Below are positions 23,601 through 25,546 of a DNA stretch of 25,546 bases, one piece after another. The notes beneath the pieces were generated by a model. That model ran no database searches and was not told where the DNA came from. It saw nothing but the letters and a program-made list of their open reading frames with translations. A program made the position numbers and the translations under genes. Within the stretch, counting starts at the first letter, position 1; the number at the start of each line of letters is the position of its first letter. The stretch lies in NCBI GenBank assembly GCA_002189035.1, contig NEEC01000472.1, positions 1-25,546 of the forward strand. The letters are read 5' to 3'. This DNA is from Utricularia gibba. Its lineage: Eukaryota; Plantae; Magnoliophyta.

Positions 23601-25546
23601 GGGCGCTCATGACATCCTAACTTCATTAAATGCATCACGATTTTCATCGAGTAGGACCCGATTGGGCTCAGGAGCCAGACCAAACCTTGGGCCCTTACAA
23701 AGCTGCCAACGACAGCACCCGCCTTAAAACGGCAAGCTGTTGCTTGAAAAACCATGTGGGCAGCCGCCGACAACCAACGTTAATAAATGCATCACTTCTT
23801 TTGTCGGGCTACAGCTGACTTTGGGCCCGAGCTCGACCCGAATTCCGGCCCGATCTCGGTGACCCACAAAAGTGCCTTCTCAAGTGTATAGCATGCTGTT
23901 GAAAAAAGCATTTGGGGTGGTCATGAGATCCTAACTTCAATAAAGGTATCACGATTTTCGTCGAATGGGACCTTATTGTGCTGTGAAGTCAGACCGAACC
24001 TTGGGTCCGGACGAAGTTCCCAAACAGCACCCGCCAAAAAACGACAACTTTTCCTTGAAAAAGCATGTAGGCAGCCGCCGAAAACCCAACGTTAATAAAT
24101 GCATCACTTTTTTGGCCGGGCTACAAATGACTATGGGCCAGAGCGCGACTCGACCATTTGCTCGATACTAGTGCCAGCCTAGAGCACCTCGTCAAATATA
24201 AATCAGGTTGTTGAGAAAACCATTTGGGGCGCTCATGACATCCTAACTTCATTAAATGCATCACGATTTTCATCGAGTAGGACCCGATTGGGCTCAGGAG
24301 CCAGACCAAACCTTGGGCCCTTACAAAGCTGCCAACGACAGCACCCGCCTTAAAACGGCAAGCTGTTGCTTGAAAAACCATGTGGGCAGCCGCCGACAAC
24401 CCAACGTTAATAAATGCATCACTTCTTTTCGGGCTACAGCTGACTTTGGGCCCGAGCCCGACCCGAATTCCGGCCCGATCTCGGTGACCCACAAAAGCGC
24501 CTTCTCAAGTGTATAGCATGCTGTTGAAAAAAGCATTTGGGGTGGTCATGAGATCCTAACTTCAATAAAGGTATCACGATTTTCGTCGAATGGGACCTTA
24601 TTGTGCTGTGAAGTCAGACCGAACCTTGGGTCCGGACGAAGTTCCCAACAACAGCACCCGCCAAAAAACGACAACTTTTCCTTGAAAAAGCATGTAGGCA
24701 GCCGCCGAAAACCCAACGTTAATAAATGCATCACTTTTTTGGCCGGGCTACAAATGACTATGGGCCAGAGCGCGACTCGACCATTTGCTCGATACTAGTG
24801 CCAGCCTAGAGCACCTCGTCAAATATAAATCAGGTTGTTGAGAAAACCATTTGGGGCGCTCATGACATCCTAACTTCATTAAATGCATCACGATTTTCAT
24901 CGAGTAGGACCCGATTGGGCTCAGGAGCCAGACCAAACCTTGGGCCCTTACAAAGCTGCCAACGACAGCACCCGCCTTAAAACGGCAAGCTGTTGCTTGA
25001 AAAACCATGTGGGCAGCCGCCGACAACCCAACGTTAATAAATGCATCACTTCTTTTGTCGGGCTACAGCTGACTTTGGGCCCGAGCCGACCCGAATTCCG
25101 GCCCGATCTCGGTGACCCCAAAAAGCGCCTTCTCAAGTGTTATAGCATGCTGTTGAAAAAAGCATTTGGGGTGGTCATGAGATCCTAACTTCAATAAAGG
25201 TATCACGATTTTCGTCGAATGGGACCTTATTGTGCTGTGAAGTCAGACCGAACCTTGGGTCCGGACGAAGTTCCCAACAACAGCACCCGCCAAAAAACGA
25301 CAACTTTTCCTTGAAAAAGCATGTAGGCAGCCGCCGAAAACCCAACGTTAATAAATGCATCACTTTTTTGGCCGGGCTACAAATGACTATGGGCCAGAGC
25401 GCGACTCGACCATTTGCTCGATACTAGTGCCAGCCTAGAGCACCTCGTCAAATATAAATCAGGTTGTTGAGAAAACCATTTGGGGCGCTCATGACATCCT
25501 AACTTCATTAAATGCATCACGATTTTCATCGAGTAGGACCGATTGG
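17677..25546 (+). repeat. Domain III: homogeneous ~625-bp A-B tetramer array (12 complete units plus a partial one)
   Basis: Units start at 17677, 18300, 18925, 19554, 20177, 20800, 21425, 22052, 22677, 23294, 23922, 24547 and 25176. All have the junction GGGGTGGTCATGAG and a standard A; there is no A* and no C. Confidence 0.93.
22991..23293 (+). other. Chimeric dimer with a B-type head, a scrambled middle and a D-type tail
   Basis: The head has CTTCATTAAATGC and CCAGACCAAACC (B/C type). About 23077-23150 is non-consensus. The tail has TTTTGACGGG, TTTGTCCCCCAAGCCC and GTTTAAAGC (D type). Confidence 0.78.

Larger units (their letters stand above)
1..25546 (+). repeat. Tandem satellite DNA array; ~156-bp monomers in alternating odd/even classes, organised as higher-order repeats (625-bp tetramer dominant)
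   Basis: The anchor CATGA(G/C)ATCCTAAC recurs every ~312 bp (3, 318, 632, 945, 1256, 1561, 1875 ... 25176, 25490), and GAAAA..CAT.T plus TAAATGCAT-like motifs recur every ~156 bp. No unique sequence or orientation switch was found. Confidence 0.98.

Noticed and set aside
46-25427. The many 60-159-aa ORFs on both strands (e.g. MHHDFHRVGPDW..., MMHLLTLGFRRLP..., MCCEVRPNLG...)
   Set aside because: They are translations of the same repeat in overlapping frames, broken at random by indels. I recognise no domain or gene structure, so they are not called as CDS.
1-25546. CRISPR array interpretation of the recurring conserved motifs
   Set aside because: The intervening sequences are themselves near-identical repeats rather than unique spacers, the period (156/312 bp) is too long, and there are no cas genes.
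1-25546. Assignment to a named satellite such as CentO, CentC or alpha satellite
   Set aside because: Only the monomer length or organisation is similar. I recognise no sequence identity, so no family or organism is named.
1-25546. Transposon insertions, large inversions or telomeric repeat tracts
   Set aside because: All monomers are in one orientation, and the longest non-consensus stretches are under 100 bp with no terminal repeats, target-site duplications or telomere arrays.

Overview
The whole 25,546-bp window is one uninterrupted head-to-tail satellite DNA array, all on one strand, about 45-50% GC by eye. I can support no genes, RNA genes, transposons or CRISPR array. The repeat is hierarchical. 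(1) The basic monomer is ~156 bp (151-159 bp) and begins GAAAA..CAT.T. (2) Two monomer classes ('odd' and 'even') alternate strictly, giving ~312-bp dimers, here called A, B, C and D. I count 38 A, 30 B-like, 7 C and 7 D plus a final partial unit, about 164 monomers. (3) The dominant higher-order repeat (HOR) is the ~625-bp tetramer A-B. (4) A ~0.9-kb hexamer A-C-D is always followed by a standard A-B, forming a ~1.55-kb decamer that occurs 7 times, only in 632-13874. The array has three domains: a mixed hexamer/tetramer domain (1-13874), a heterogeneous tetramer domain (13875-17676) and a homogeneous tetramer domain (17677-25546) with a hint of a ~1.87-kb period. Two scrambled segments (~17511-17590, ~23077-23150) and many homopolymer indels may be sequencing or consensus noise. 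Monomer size and HOR organisation resemble eukaryotic (peri)centromeric satellites, but I cannot identify the family or organism. Unit coordinates are hand-mapped from the CATGA anchor and may be off by a few bp.
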